Below are positions 18,836 to 29,340 of a stretch of 64,000 nucleotides of DNA, piece after piece. Below the pieces are notes generated by a model that searched no databases, was not told the DNA's origin, and saw only the letters and a program-made list of their open reading frames with translations. The position numbers were made by a program, and so were the translations under genes. Where the stretch lies: assembly GCA_965195285.1 (NCBI GenBank), contig CBDAFS010000021.1, positions 1 through 64,000 of the forward strand. The letters are read 5' to 3'. The DNA comes from an uncultured Aminicenantes bacterium. Its GTDB lineage: Bacteria > Acidobacteriota > Aminicenantia > UBA2199. Numbering within the stretch: the stretch's first letter is position 1; each line of letters opens with the position of its first letter.

Positions 18836-20390
18836 ATTCGATTGCTCTCACTTCTCGTATAACCGTCACTTTAATCTGACCCGGGTATTCCATTTCTTCC
18901 TGGATCTTCTTGGCAATGTCCTTTGACATCAAAAAAGTCCTGTTGTCATCCAGTTCGTTTGAATTGATGATTACCCGGACCTCTCTGCCGGCTCTCAACG
19001 CATAAGCCTTGTTCACCCCGTCAAATGATTTGCTGACTTCCTCAAGCTTCTCAAGCCTTTTAATATAAGTTTCGAATATCTCCCGTCTGGCTCCAGGCCG
19101 GGCAGCGGATATGCTGTCTGCTGCTTGAATGAGAACCCCTTCCACCGATGAGAATTCCACATCCATGTGATGGGAGGCAATGGCATCCTGAACCTCTTTT
19201 GATTCTCCGTGTTTTCTGGCCAACTCCACGGATAGCTGGGTATGGGTGCCTTCGGTTTCCCGGTCAATGGCCTTGCCGATATCGTGCAACAATCCGGCCC
19301 GGCTGGCCAAATTAACATTGACATTTAATTCCCTGGCCATAAAAGCGGCAAGCAGTGATACTTCCTTGGAATGCTGAAGGGTATTCTGACCATAAGAGGT
19401 TCTGAATTTCAATTTACCCAGGTAATAATACAATTCAGGATTGATGTCCTCAATACCGAGTTCAACCACGGCATTCTCACCAATCTCCCTCAGATATATG
19501 TCGAATTCGTTTTTTATTTTCTCGACAATTTCCTCTACCCGGGCCGGATGAATCCGTCCATCGGTGATCAGGGTTTCAAGTGCTTTTTTGGCAATTTCCC
19601 GTCTCAGAGGATCAAATGAACTGACAATAATGGTTTCTGGCGTATCATCCACAATAAAATCAACCCCGGTGGCATTTTCAAGCGCACGTATATTTCGACC
19701 TTCACGTCCGATAATTCTCCCCTTCATCTCATCGTTTGGCAGGTCGATAACCGAAACCGAACTGGATATGATATGTTCACTGGCAATTCGCTGGATAGAA
19801 GTGGAGATGATATCCTTGGCCATTAATAAGCTTTTTTCCTTTAAATCCTGTTCAATTACTTTCAACTTCTGGGCAGATTCGATCTTGGCCTCGCTTTCAC
19901 ATTTTTTGATAATCATATCCTTGGCTTCCTGTACAGTCATTCCCGAGATCTTCTCCAGTTTTACCCTTTCCTCTTCATAGGTTTGGGTTAATTTGTTTTT
20001 CAGTGTCTTCAGTTCCTCTTCTTTGTAAAACATGTCTTTTTCTTTCTTTTTCAGATCTTTCTCTTTGTTGTCCAGGTTCATATACCTTCTGTCCAGGTTT
20101 TCTTCCTTATGGATCAGGCGTTTTTCGGTTTCGTTAAGCTTATTAATTTTACTGCTCTGTTTGCGGTTATACTCATTTTTCCAGTTTACAAACTCTTCTT
20201 TCAACTCAATATCAATCTTCCTTTTGGAATTTTCAATATCTTGCCGGCTTCTTTCTTCAAGGTCTTTCTGCAGTATCTCCATTTTTCTATATTCACTGGC
20301 AAATATCCGATTTCTCAGAAGAAAAAAGATCAGGAATCCCGCTCCGATACAACCAATGCCAATCAGTATATATAAAACAAAATCATTCAT
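18825..20390 (-). CDS. rny: Ribonuclease Y
   Basis: N-terminal TM, coiled coil, KH (KGRIIGREGRNIR), HD (LLHDIGK), ADSISAARPGARRE. Confidence 0.97.
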   Translation of the reverse strand: MNDFVLYILIGIGCIGAGFLIFFLLRNRIFASEYRKMEILQKDLEERSRQDIENSKRKIDIELKEEFVNWKNEYNRKQSSKINKLNETEKRLIHKEENLDRRYMNLDNKEKDLKKKEKDMFYKEEELKTLKNKLTQTYEEERVKLEKISGMTVQEAKDMIIKKCESEAKIESAQKLKVIEQDLKEKSLLMAKDIISTSIQRIASEHIISSSVSVIDLPNDEMKGRIIGREGRNIRALENATGVDFIVDDTPETIIVSSFDPLRREIAKKALETLITDGRIHPARVEEIVEKIKNEFDIYLREIGENAVVELGIEDINPELYYYLGKLKFRTSYGQNTLQHSKEVSLLAAFMARELNVNVNLASRAGLLHDIGKAIDRETEGTHTQLSVELARKHGESKEVQDAIASHHMDVEFSSVEGVLIQAADSISAARPGARREIFETYIKRLEKLEEVSKSFDGVNKAYALRAGREVRVIINSNELDDNRTFLMSKDIAKKIQEEMEYPGQIKVTVIREVRAIEYAK

Positions 20391-20449
20391 GGTGAACCTC
20401 CTCTTTTAGTCATTTTTCAATCCACACAGAAAACAAAGGGTATAATAAA

Positions 20450-20791
20450 TCAGGAGGAAAATCGAATCGGCACTTTCTTCCTGTCCTTGGGTGTTAATTC
20501 TTCATCCAAGGGAGGAATAATGGTGTCAATTTTATCCAACATATTTTTTAAACTCTGGTTCTCTTTTTTCAATGAAAATAGTTCTTCGGCAATGTTCAAC
20601 GATGTTAATAATCCCAGTTTAAATGAATCCAGGTCGACTAGTTCGGTTTTAATTCGGCTCATTTTATTTTCAACAAAAGCAGCAATTTCACTAAATTCAT
20701 CCGGTTTGATATCCGGAGGAAGGTTAAAAATGAACTTTTTTCCCAGAATTTGAAATTCGATTTCTCGACCCATTTTATTCAATTGATTCAA
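20450..20791 (-). CDS. zapA: Cell division protein ZapA
   Basis: FQILGKKF, AAFVENKM, LLTSLNIAEELF; canonical position between pheT and rny; start may be 20773. Confidence 0.85.
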   Translation of the reverse strand: MNQLNKMGREIEFQILGKKFIFNLPPDIKPDEFSEIAAFVENKMSRIKTELVDLDSFKLGLLTSLNIAEELFSLKKENQSLKNMLDKIDTIIPPLDEELTPKDRKKVPIRFSS

Positions 20792-20981
20792 TCAATTCTA
20801 TCAACGATTTTACTTTCAGCTTGACTTCATTTCGCTCTTTATCCAGCTCGGAAGCACCCTTCTTGTAATCGCTCATTTCTATTTTCAATTTTTTATTTTC
20901 ATCTTTAAGATGCTTTAAAACTCCAACCAAGTTTCTTACTTTTTCCTCCAGTTTATTAAACTCTTCAATATCCATATACAC
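20775..20981 (-). CDS. Short coiled-coil protein (ZapB-like)
   Basis: FNKLEEKV..LV..LK.LKDEN heptads; sits between pheT and zapA. Confidence 0.7.
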   Translation of the reverse strand: MYMDIEEFNKLEEKVRNLVGVLKHLKDENKKLKIEMSDYKKGASELDKERNEVKLKVKSLIELIESIE

Positions 20982-20986
20982 TCTCC

Positions 20987-23062
20987 TTATCTTTGAATTA
21001 AATCAAATTTCTTTATTAATTTTTTCATAAAATCTGTATGCATGCTGTTAATCTCCTCATTGGTTAATGTACGCTTCTCATCGGTATATGAAAAACTCAT
21101 TGAAAGACTGACTTTGTCTTCCGGAATACCCTTGCCCAGATACCGATCAAATAAATGGAAATAGTCCAGCGAACCCGGTTTTAACAACCCGATGGCTTTT
21201 TCCAGTTGATGAAATTTGATATGTTTGTCCATCAGAAATGAAATATCCCGCTTGTATGAGGGATACTTATTCCAGGTTTTGAAATATTCATCTTCGACGG
21301 ATGATACGATCCTGTCCATTTTTAGCTCTGCAACCAATACCGGTGTCTCGATTTTATACCGGTCCGAGATATCTTTCCTCAACACACCCATATAGCCCAT
21401 TTCTTTTCCACTGGATATGATTGAAAAGCAACAATCGGGATCCATAAAATCCAGCGAGGTTTCCTCCATTTGAATACTAATAGCCAGTTTTTTGAATAGG
21501 GTCAATATCAACGATTTAAACCGGTAATAATCCATCTGTTGGCTATCCTTCTGGTTCCAGTTCACCCTCTGGTATTCACCGGAAGCACTGACTGACAGAA
21601 ACTGTTTTTCCAGGATATGATCTTCGACATTATGGAATTGATGTCCGAATTCAAATATTCGTACTCCGGCAGCGGAGTGATTGAAATTCAGGACCATGTT
21701 CTTCAAAAGACCGGGCAGCAATGATTGCCTGAGCAGAGAAAAATCTTTTCCCAGGGGATTGCGAACTTCCACTGGCTTGGTTGTCTGCGATAACAGTTTA
21801 AACTCTTCGGGACTGTTAAAAATGTAGTTTATCACTTCATCAAAGCCAATGGAGGTAAAATGATTACGGATTTTCTGAATCAATTCCCGTTCCGAATCCA
21901 TCTCCAAGACCTGGTTTGAGGTATTGGGGATCTCCGAGGTTAAACGATGATAACCATGGATCCTGATAATTTCTTCGACCAGATCCTGTTTACCATAGAT
22001 ATCCACTCTGAACGATGGAATCTCAACCGCCCAGCTGTTTTTTTGATCTTTTATAGTAAAACCCAGTCCCTTCAATATCCGGGCGGATGTTTTCTCATCA
22101 ATGGAAATACCTGAATACTGACTGGGATACTGCTTATCCAAGGTCACGATCCGGGGAGAAAAACCGGCCGGAAAAGGGTCTGAGAAATAGGTGATATTCA
22201 ACGGCTCCTTATGGGAATCCCCGATCATATCCAGGGCCATGTTGATGGTATCCGGAGTAATCAAAATATCTGTTCCCCTTTCAAACCGGAATGAGGCATC
22301 GCTTTTAATTCCGATCTTCCTGGCTGCTTTTCTTATCACCCTGGGATTGAAGTAAGCACTCTCAATCAGGATATTTTTTGTGGTGTGAGTCACGCTTGAA
22401 AATCCGCCTCCCATGATACCGGCCAGGGCCACCGGTGCTTTACCATCGGCAATAACCAGAAAATCCGGGTCAAGGTCAATTACCTGCTCGTTCAATAAGG
22501 TTATGTTCTCTCCTGGTTTGGCTCTTCTGATATTCAGTTCATTTCCAGACAGTTTATCCAGATCAAACATGTGGATGGGATGCCCTATGGTCATGACCAA
22601 CAGATTGGAGATGTCAACAATATTGTTGATGGCACGTAATTCCAGGCTCTCGAGCAAGGTTTTTATTTCATCGGAAGATTCTTTGACTGCTATGTCCTTC
22701 ACGATACATCCAGTATAACGTCCACAGTCATCTTTATTTTCAATATGAATCGAAAATAGTTCATTGTTAAAATCACAAGACCTTCTGGTTATTTCCGGTT
22801 GTTGAAATTTCAATCCAGGCAGCCGGGCATGCAAATCCCGGGCAATACCATAGTGAGAGAGCCAATCCGGCCGATTGGGTGTAACCTCAATTTCAAAAAT
22901 ATCCTGGCCGTGAAAATCAATGATTTCATCCGTTTCCATCCCGACTGAGGCAAATAATTCTTTCCATAATTGTCTCTTCTCTGATGGTGAAGATGCATTT
23001 TTCACCACTGTGTGGTCATCCAGGTTTATGAATTTTTTCAAGTATTCAATATTGATTCTCAT
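20987..23062 (-). CDS. pheT: Phenylalanyl-tRNA synthetase beta subunit (short form)
   Basis: TPNRPDWLSHYGIARD, ALAGIMGG, SDASFRFERG, DLVEEIIRIHGY, C-terminal FDX-ACB (RDISF). Confidence 0.95.
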   Translation of the reverse strand: MRINIEYLKKFINLDDHTVVKNASSPSEKRQLWKELFASVGMETDEIIDFHGQDIFEIEVTPNRPDWLSHYGIARDLHARLPGLKFQQPEITRRSCDFNNELFSIHIENKDDCGRYTGCIVKDIAVKESSDEIKTLLESLELRAINNIVDISNLLVMTIGHPIHMFDLDKLSGNELNIRRAKPGENITLLNEQVIDLDPDFLVIADGKAPVALAGIMGGGFSSVTHTTKNILIESAYFNPRVIRKAARKIGIKSDASFRFERGTDILITPDTINMALDMIGDSHKEPLNITYFSDPFPAGFSPRIVTLDKQYPSQYSGISIDEKTSARILKGLGFTIKDQKNSWAVEIPSFRVDIYGKQDLVEEIIRIHGYHRLTSEIPNTSNQVLEMDSERELIQKIRNHFTSIGFDEVINYIFNSPEEFKLLSQTTKPVEVRNPLGKDFSLLRQSLLPGLLKNMVLNFNHSAAGVRIFEFGHQFHNVEDHILEKQFLSVSASGEYQRVNWNQKDSQQMDYYRFKSLILTLFKKLAISIQMEETSLDFMDPDCCFSIISSGKEMGYMGVLRKDISDRYKIETPVLVAELKMDRIVSSVEDEYFKTWNKYPSYKRDISFLMDKHIKFHQLEKAIGLLKPGSLDYFHLFDRYLGKGIPEDKVSLSMSFSYTDEKRTLTNEEINSMHTDFMKKLIKKFDLIQR

Positions 23063-23064
23063 GG

Positions 23065-24096
23065 CTAGCTGAATTGTCTTAAAAATCTCAAATCATTGTC
23101 ATAAAACAATCGAATATCATTGATGCCATACTTCAACATGGCTATTCTTTCAATTCCCATTCCAAAGGCAAATCCGGAATATTCATCCGGATCAATATCG
23201 CAATTCTTTAAAACCTTGGGATGAACCATTCCGCTGCCCAGTATTTCCAGCCATCCCGTTCCTTTGCAAATCCGGCATTCAGGATTGCTGCCATTGCATA
23301 AAAAGCAGCTGATATCCACCTCAGCAGAGGGTTCGGTAAAGGGAAAATAACCGGGTCTGAAACGCAGGTTAACATCCTGGCCAAAAAAAGATTTAATAAA
23401 GAGTTCGAGGGTTCCCTTTAGATGTGAGAAATGAATCCCTCGGTCTACCAATAGCCCCTCGATCTGGCTAAACACCGGGGTATGGGTGGCATCGGGTTCA
23501 TCCTTCCTGAAGGCTTTCCCGGGAGATATAATCATTATAGGGGGGCGATGATGCTTCATATAACGAATCTGTACTGGCGAGGTATGGGTTCTCAGTATCA
23601 TATCGGAAAAGCCCTGGATGTAAAAAGTATCCTGCTCATTACGGGCGGGATGTTCTTCTGGCATGTTGAGGGCCGTGAAATTGTGGTATTCGGTTTCAAC
23701 TTCGGGGCCATGGGCAATTTCATAACCCATTTTCAGGAAAATATTTTCCAATCTGGTTCTGACAATGGACAGCAGATGGGAACTCCCGACCGGGATATCA
23801 TATTCGGGAAGTGAATAATCGATATCACTCTTTTTGTCAGAAACCAATCGGTTCTGGAATTGAGTGAATTGATTTTCCACCTCCCGCTTGAAGTTATTGA
23901 CCATTTTCCCAGCCTGGGGCTTATATTCAGGAGACAGTGCCTTCATCTGCTTCATAAATTCTGTGATGACCCCCTTCTTTCTGCTGAGATACTTGTCTTT
24001 TACTTCAACAAGTTGGTTTTGTGATTGAATTCGATTCAGATCTTCAAGAAAAAGGGTTCGGGCTTCTTCAATCTCATTCTTTAATGCATTAATCAT
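23065..24096 (-). CDS. pheS: Phenylalanyl-tRNA synthetase alpha subunit
   Basis: [36 protein letters not shown]. Confidence 0.98.
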   Translation of the reverse strand: MINALKNEIEEARTLFLEDLNRIQSQNQLVEVKDKYLSRKKGVITEFMKQMKALSPEYKPQAGKMVNNFKREVENQFTQFQNRLVSDKKSDIDYSLPEYDIPVGSSHLLSIVRTRLENIFLKMGYEIAHGPEVETEYHNFTALNMPEEHPARNEQDTFYIQGFSDMILRTHTSPVQIRYMKHHRPPIMIISPGKAFRKDEPDATHTPVFSQIEGLLVDRGIHFSHLKGTLELFIKSFFGQDVNLRFRPGYFPFTEPSAEVDISCFLCNGSNPECRICKGTGWLEILGSGMVHPKVLKNCDIDPDEYSGFAFGMGIERIAMLKYGINDIRLFYDNDLRFLRQFS

Positions 24097-24446
24097 ATGA
24101 AGGTTTTTACGTTTTTCACAATTTCCTTAAAGGTTTCCGGCTCGGATATGGCCAGGTTGGCCAGCATTTTCCGGTTTAATCTGATTTTGGCCTTGTTGAG
24201 CCCGTTAATAAACCGGGAATAGTTCAGTCCATATTCCCTGACTGCAGCATTTATTCGGATATTCCAAATTCTTCGGAACTCTCTTTTCTTATTTCTTCGA
24301 TCCCGGTATGAATAGGTCAGGGCCCTTTCAACTGCTTCCTTGGCGGTTCGGTAATTCTTTCTCCTCGCCCCGAAATACCCCTTTGCCATTTTTAGAATCT
24401 TCTTCCGTCTGATTAGTTTTCGGTTTCCTCTTGTTACGCGTGGCAT
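24093..24446 (-). CDS. rplT: 50S ribosomal protein L20
   Basis: MPRVTRG, AKGYFG, RINAA, LNRKMLA. Confidence 0.98.
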   Translation of the reverse strand: MPRVTRGNRKLIRRKKILKMAKGYFGARRKNYRTAKEAVERALTYSYRDRRNKKREFRRIWNIRINAAVREYGLNYSRFINGLNKAKIRLNRKMLANLAISEPETFKEIVKNVKTFI

Positions 24447-24458
24447 TTTTCCCTCCCT

Positions 24459-24656
24459 TTAAACATATGGCAACAGTTCTTTTACTCTCTTGGATTCTTC
24501 TTTTGAAACCAGTGTCGCTTGTTTTAAGTTTCTTCTTCTCTTGGCATTTTTCTTGGTAAGAATATGTGATGCATATGCTTTTCGTCTTTTTATTTTACCA
24601 TTTGCCGTTATTTTAAATCGTTTTTGCGCACCCTTATGGGTTTTTAGTTTTGGCAT
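24459..24656 (-). CDS. rpmI: 50S ribosomal protein L35
   Basis: [15 protein letters not shown]...HILTKK; start set at ATG 24656 after a GGAGG RBS. Confidence 0.97.
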   Translation of the reverse strand: MPKLKTHKGAQKRFKITANGKIKRRKAYASHILTKKNAKRRRNLKQATLVSKEESKRVKELLPYV

Positions 24657-25197
24657 CTTTTCCTCCCTTCTTTTGGCCAATAAGGATCGAACAGTTGAAC
24701 CTTTCATTTTTGGGGGTTGATTCTATTTCAGAGAAATCTTTTAAAATTTCAATAATACGCTTGGTCATAACTCCCAGCATTTCCGGTTTCCGCTTCTGTC
24801 TTCCCCTCAGCCAAATCGTCACTTTGATCTTGTCGCCATCTTCAAGAAATTGCTTGATTTTTTTTAGTTTGACTTCCATGTCATGCTCTCCGATGGCCGG
24901 CGTGAACTTTATCTCTTTTATGTGAATTTTTCTCTGCTGTTTTTTAGCCTCGTGTGCTTTTTTTCGTAAAGAATACAGGAATTTTCCATAGTTCAATATC
25001 CGGCAAACAGGCGGATCGGCACTGGGTGAGATTTCGACCAGATCCAGTTCTTTCTTTTTGGCGTATTCAAGTGCCTCTTCGATGGGAATGATTCCCACCT
25101 GCTGCTTTTCCTCGTCAATTAACCTGACTTTCATGGCTCTGATCTCTCGATTGATTCGATGGGGTTTCAGGCGGGGTCGGGGTCTTTTATATTTCAT
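24634..25197 (-). CDS. infC: Translation initiation factor IF-3
   Basis: [31 protein letters not shown]; canonical thrS-infC-rpmI-rplT order. Confidence 0.97.
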   Translation of the reverse strand: MKYKRPRPRLKPHRINREIRAMKVRLIDEEKQQVGIIPIEEALEYAKKKELDLVEISPSADPPVCRILNYGKFLYSLRKKAHEAKKQQRKIHIKEIKFTPAIGEHDMEVKLKKIKQFLEDGDKIKVTIWLRGRQKRKPEMLGVMTKRIIEILKDFSEIESTPKNERFNCSILIGQKKGGKDAKTKNP

Positions 25198-27037
25198 GGT
25201 GCAAACCTTTTTCTACGATAATCTTGTTAACCGCGGTTATAAAACTGTCCAGCATAATTTTTCCTTGATCTCCTTTTTTATGGATTCTAAAACTGATATT
25301 ATTTTGCTCCTGCTCATCATCTCCGACAATGATGATATAGGGTACTTTTTGCAATTCGGCGTCTCTGATCTTTTTACCCACTCCTTCGCTGCGCTGGTCC
25401 AGTTCAACCCGCAGCTGACTTTGCTTCATTTTTTTAAAAACACTGCCGGCATATTCCAGGTTTCTCTCGGTAATGGGAATAACCATGGCCTGCACCGGTG
25501 CGAGCCAGAGAGGAAAAAACCCTCCGTAATGCTCAATCAATATTCCGAAAAATCTTTCCAGCGAGCCCAGCAATGCCCGATGAATCACAATCGGCTGACT
25601 GATTTTTCCCTGATCATCCGAATACTTCAGGTTGAAGCCCTTGGGTAAATTGAAATCAACCTGAATGGTGCTCAGTTGCCAGGAGCGATTGAGCACATCT
25701 TTTATTTTTATATCAATTTTAGGTCCATAGAACACACCTTCTCCGGGATCCATTTGATATTCAACCCCGCTCTGGCTAAGGGATTTTTCCAACGCCACCG
25801 TGGCCAATTCCCAATCACTCACTTCACCGACAAATTTTTCAGGCCTGGTGGAGAGGAAAATATCCACATCCTTAAAACCAAAGGTTTTTAAAATAGTAGT
25901 ACTGAAATCGATTAAGCGTTGAACTTCATCCTCCAGCTGCTCCTGGGTGCAAAATATATGGGCATCATCCTGAGTAAACCCCCTCACCCGCATCAGACCA
26001 TGTAAAACCCCGCTCCGCTCATACCGGTAAACCGTGCCCAATTCCGCCCACCTCATGGGCATATCCCGGTAACTGCGGTTTCTGGATTTGAACATTACGA
26101 TATGAAAGGGGCAATTCATGGGTTTTAATTGATATTGGGTGTTATCCAGGTCAATGGTAGGAAACATATTTTCCCGGTAAAAATCAGTATGTCCGCTGGC
26201 GTTCCATAAATCGATTTTGGCAATATGAGGAGTAGCCAGTAAATCATAGCCGGCCTTTATATGCTCCTCTCTCCAGTATTTTTCAATCTCATAACGGATA
26301 ATTCCGCCCTTGGGGTGCCATAATACCAGGCCGGCTCCGATCTCATTTTGAATGGAAAACAGGTCGAGATCCTGGCCCAGTTTTCGATGATCCCGTTTTT
26401 TGGCCTCTATTAAAAACTTTTCATGCGCTTCAAGCTGCTCTCTGGTGGGAAAGACAACCCCGTAAATCCTCTGCATGGATGGGTTGTTTTCATCCCCCTT
26501 CCAGTATGATGCAGCCACTGAGAGTAATTTGAAATGGGTCAGATAAGAAGTGGAGGGAACATGGGGTCCTCGACAGAGGTCAACAAATTCACTCTGCTGA
26601 TAAACCGAAACCTCATTATTGTCAATCCTTTCATTGATTAGTTCAACCTTGAGGTTTTGATTTTTGGTTTGAAAATAATCAATAGCTTGCTGTTTTGTCC
26701 AGATCATTTTAAGAATTTTCAAGTTTTGCTTGACCATCTGTTTCATTTTTTTGGAGATTTTTTGTAGGTCATCGGGAGTGAAGGGATGGGAGGTTAAAAA
26801 ATCATAATAGAACCCGTTTTCAATGGCCGGGCCGATGCCATACTGGGCATCCGGAAATAATTCAATAACCGCATGGGCCATCAGATGGGCAGCCGAATGT
26901 CGATAGACATGTAGGGCTTCTTCAGATAAAGAATCCACCTCCTCGATTACCGATTGTGGGTCATACTCGGTGTTGGCTTCGGTCAATTTTCCATCTATCT
27001 TAACCAGAAATGGTCTTTTTTTCTCTTTATTGCTCAT
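25187..27037 (-). CDS. thrS: Threonyl-tRNA synthetase
   Basis: RHSAAHL, DLCRGPH, RDHRKLG, LKPMNCP, RVRGFTQDDAH, FYGPKID, HRALLGSLERF. Confidence 0.98.
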   Translation of the reverse strand: MSNKEKKRPFLVKIDGKLTEANTEYDPQSVIEEVDSLSEEALHVYRHSAAHLMAHAVIELFPDAQYGIGPAIENGFYYDFLTSHPFTPDDLQKISKKMKQMVKQNLKILKMIWTKQQAIDYFQTKNQNLKVELINERIDNNEVSVYQQSEFVDLCRGPHVPSTSYLTHFKLLSVAASYWKGDENNPSMQRIYGVVFPTREQLEAHEKFLIEAKKRDHRKLGQDLDLFSIQNEIGAGLVLWHPKGGIIRYEIEKYWREEHIKAGYDLLATPHIAKIDLWNASGHTDFYRENMFPTIDLDNTQYQLKPMNCPFHIVMFKSRNRSYRDMPMRWAELGTVYRYERSGVLHGLMRVRGFTQDDAHIFCTQEQLEDEVQRLIDFSTTILKTFGFKDVDIFLSTRPEKFVGEVSDWELATVALEKSLSQSGVEYQMDPGEGVFYGPKIDIKIKDVLNRSWQLSTIQVDFNLPKGFNLKYSDDQGKISQPIVIHRALLGSLERFFGILIEHYGGFFPLWLAPVQAMVIPITERNLEYAGSVFKKMKQSQLRVELDQRSEGVGKKIRDAELQKVPYIIIVGDDEQEQNNISFRIHKKGDQGKIMLDSFITAVNKIIVEKGLHHEI

Positions 27038-27053
27038 CGGAATTGACAGATAA

Positions 27054-27129
27054 TAGGCGCGGACGGACTCGAACCGTCGACTTCTACCGTGTCAAGGTAG
27101 CACTCTAACCAAGACTGAGCTACGCGCCT
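27054..27129 (-). tRNA. tRNA-Val(GAC)
   Basis: AGGCGCG TAGCTCAG...CTACC-TT-GAC-AC-GGTAG...GGTTCGAGTCC...CGCGCCT-A cloverleaf; CCA not encoded. Confidence 0.96.
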
Positions 27130-27151
27130 AGAAATGATATATTCAAAAAAA

Positions 27152-27427
27152 TTATTTAACAAGTTCCTTTAGTTCTTTTCCAGGAACAAATTTGACCACT
27201 TTCTTCCTGGGTATTATAATTTCTTCACCGGTTCTGGGATTTCTGCCTTTTTTCTGCTTTTTTTCAAGGATCTTGAAGGTTCCGAATCCAACCAGTGTGA
27301 CTTTTCCGTCCTTGCTCATCAGTTCTTCAGTAAGAATATTTACAAATCCATCAATCACTTTAATCGCATCATTCTTGGTGATACTGGAATCCTTTACCAT
27401 TTGAACTGCCAATTCATTCTTGTTCAT
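27152..27427 (-). CDS. hup: HU family DNA-binding protein
   Basis: MNKNEL, LVGFGTF, GRNPRTGEEI, KFVPGKELK; upstream TTGACT-17-TAAATT promoter and GGAGG. Confidence 0.95.
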   Translation of the reverse strand: MNKNELAVQMVKDSSITKNDAIKVIDGFVNILTEELMSKDGKVTLVGFGTFKILEKKQKKGRNPRTGEEIIIPRKKVVKFVPGKELKELVK

Positions 27428-27563
27428 ATTAAAAGCCTCCTTTAGAAAAGATAAATTTACACGATATTACTGTGAAAGTCAATACATAACACTAAAAAAC
27501 TGATGGACTATACAGCCTTAATATTTTGTTTTCCCCGAATAAAATTCGCTTTTCTATGAAATG

Positions 27564-28088
27564 TTAAATGTTTAACAAAGTCCCTTTTTTATAAATATCC
27601 ATCTGCACTTTGGACATGGCGGACAGGTCAAATTGTTCACCTGAATGTTCATTGAACAACTTGCCGGCCAATAGATCAACCCGAATAGAATCCAGGTTTT
27701 TTATCTTGCGCTGCTTGATGAGTTCTTCAATATTATTGAAGGTCAAAATAATAAAACCTGAATTGATGGCATTTCTTTTGTATATAGCACCGTATGAACC
27801 GGCAATAATCAATTTGATTCCCATGGACCTAAAACATTCAACAGCCTGCTGCCTGGAGGAACCGGATCCGAAATTTGAACCGACAATAATCATATCCCCG
27901 GGGTTAGCACGGGTAAAAAAATCTTCCCAGCCCTTTAGGTTTCCAAAGGTAAATTTTCCCATCTCTTCGATATCGGTGATGTGAAGGTGGGCATTATGGA
28001 AAATCTGATCGGTATCAATGTCAGGGATCAACCGGTTGTCACTGTCGGCAATTACCCAGACCCTTCCTTGAAATTCAGTCTCATTCAT
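27564..28088 (-). CDS. leuD: 3-isopropylmalate dehydratase/homoaconitase small subunit
   Basis: DIDTDQI, NFGSGSSRQQA, GAIYKRNAINSG; substrate uncertain. Confidence 0.8.
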   Translation of the reverse strand: MNETEFQGRVWVIADSDNRLIPDIDTDQIFHNAHLHITDIEEMGKFTFGNLKGWEDFFTRANPGDMIIVGSNFGSGSSRQQAVECFRSMGIKLIIAGSYGAIYKRNAINSGFIILTFNNIEELIKQRKIKNLDSIRVDLLAGKLFNEHSGEQFDLSAMSKVQMDIYKKGTLLNI

Positions 28089-28092
28089 GTTA

Positions 28093-29340
28093 TCACCCGG
28101 CAGAAATATACCCTTTCAGAACTGAAAATGCCACTATTTCCGGTGAGGCCAGATAGTTCAAGCCGTCGCCCTGCTTTCCTTGAAAATTTCGATTCCCACT
28201 GGATACCATGACTTCATTTTTACCGGTCATGCCAATATGTCCCTGCGCACATCCGCCACAGCCCGGGTTGGAAATAATCGCTCCGGCTTTAAATAGATCC
28301 TTCAACATACCCCTTTCCATGGCTTGACCATAAACCCTCTGGGTAACCGGAACAACAGCCAGGCGTACGTTTTCGGCTATATGTTTCCCTTTTAAAATAT
28401 TCCAAACCTTTTCGATGTCTTCAATCCTTCCATTGGTACAGGAACCTACAAATCCAAAATCAACTTTGACCGTTCCGACTTCACAGACTTTTTTGACATT
28501 GTGTGGATATGGAGGTTCGGAAACCATGGGCTCCAGATCAGAAACATCAATCGAGATGGTTTCAGCATAGCTGGCATCCGGATCCGACACGATTTCAGCT
28601 GGGATTTCAGTCAGCCCGGAGATAGTACTGATTTCCTTCGGGGTATTCCGGTTGAAAGGAATGAAACCAATAATCCCACCCATTTCGGTGATCATACTTA
28701 AAGTTGTTATTCTTCCGGCAAGCTCAAGGTTCTCAATAACCTCCCCTTCAAACTCCACCACCTTGCCAAGGATCCTGTCGGTTTTTAACACACCCAGAAT
28801 CTTCAGGGTTAAATCTTTTGCTGAAAATTCTGGTTTTGGACTCCCGGTGATCACTACCTTCACCGTCTCCGGGACTTCAAACCAGGTCCTTCCATAGCGA
28901 TAGCCAAAGGTGATATCAATGTCTCCCATGCCCTGACCAAAACAGTTGACCGCACCCAGGATATTCATATGACTGTCAGTGCCCACCACTATGGTCCCGG
29001 GGAGTGCATACCCGTATTCAATCAGGTTGTGCGTACCAATCCCTTTATCCACATCAAATACCTGAACATCCTGTTCTCTGGCAAATTCCCGACATATCTG
29101 CTGATTATTGGCATATTGGATGGTTTTGGGGGGAACGGTTAAATCAAAAGTAAAAAACACCCTTTTGCTATCAAAGACACGCTGCTGGGGATAATATTTT
29201 CTGAAGTTTTTGACTACATTGGGACCGCCAAAATCCCTGGCAGTCACGATATCCAGGTCAATCCATATATTGGTTCCGGTTTCGATCCTTTCCTGGCTGT
29301 GCTGTTGAAAAATCTTTTCTATAACGGTCTGGCCACTCAC
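28093..29340 (-). CDS. leuC: 3-isopropylmalate dehydratase/homoaconitase large subunit (short type)
   Basis: GTDSH, GSCTNGR, GCGGC (Fe-S ligands), NRNFQG, YLASP; substrate uncertain. Confidence 0.82.
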   Translation of the reverse strand: MSGQTVIEKIFQQHSQERIETGTNIWIDLDIVTARDFGGPNVVKNFRKYYPQQRVFDSKRVFFTFDLTVPPKTIQYANNQQICREFAREQDVQVFDVDKGIGTHNLIEYGYALPGTIVVGTDSHMNILGAVNCFGQGMGDIDITFGYRYGRTWFEVPETVKVVITGSPKPEFSAKDLTLKILGVLKTDRILGKVVEFEGEVIENLELAGRITTLSMITEMGGIIGFIPFNRNTPKEISTISGLTEIPAEIVSDPDASYAETISIDVSDLEPMVSEPPYPHNVKKVCEVGTVKVDFGFVGSCTNGRIEDIEKVWNILKGKHIAENVRLAVVPVTQRVYGQAMERGMLKDLFKAGAIISNPGCGGCAQGHIGMTGKNEVMVSSGNRNFQGKQGDGLNYLASPEIVAFSVLKGYISAG

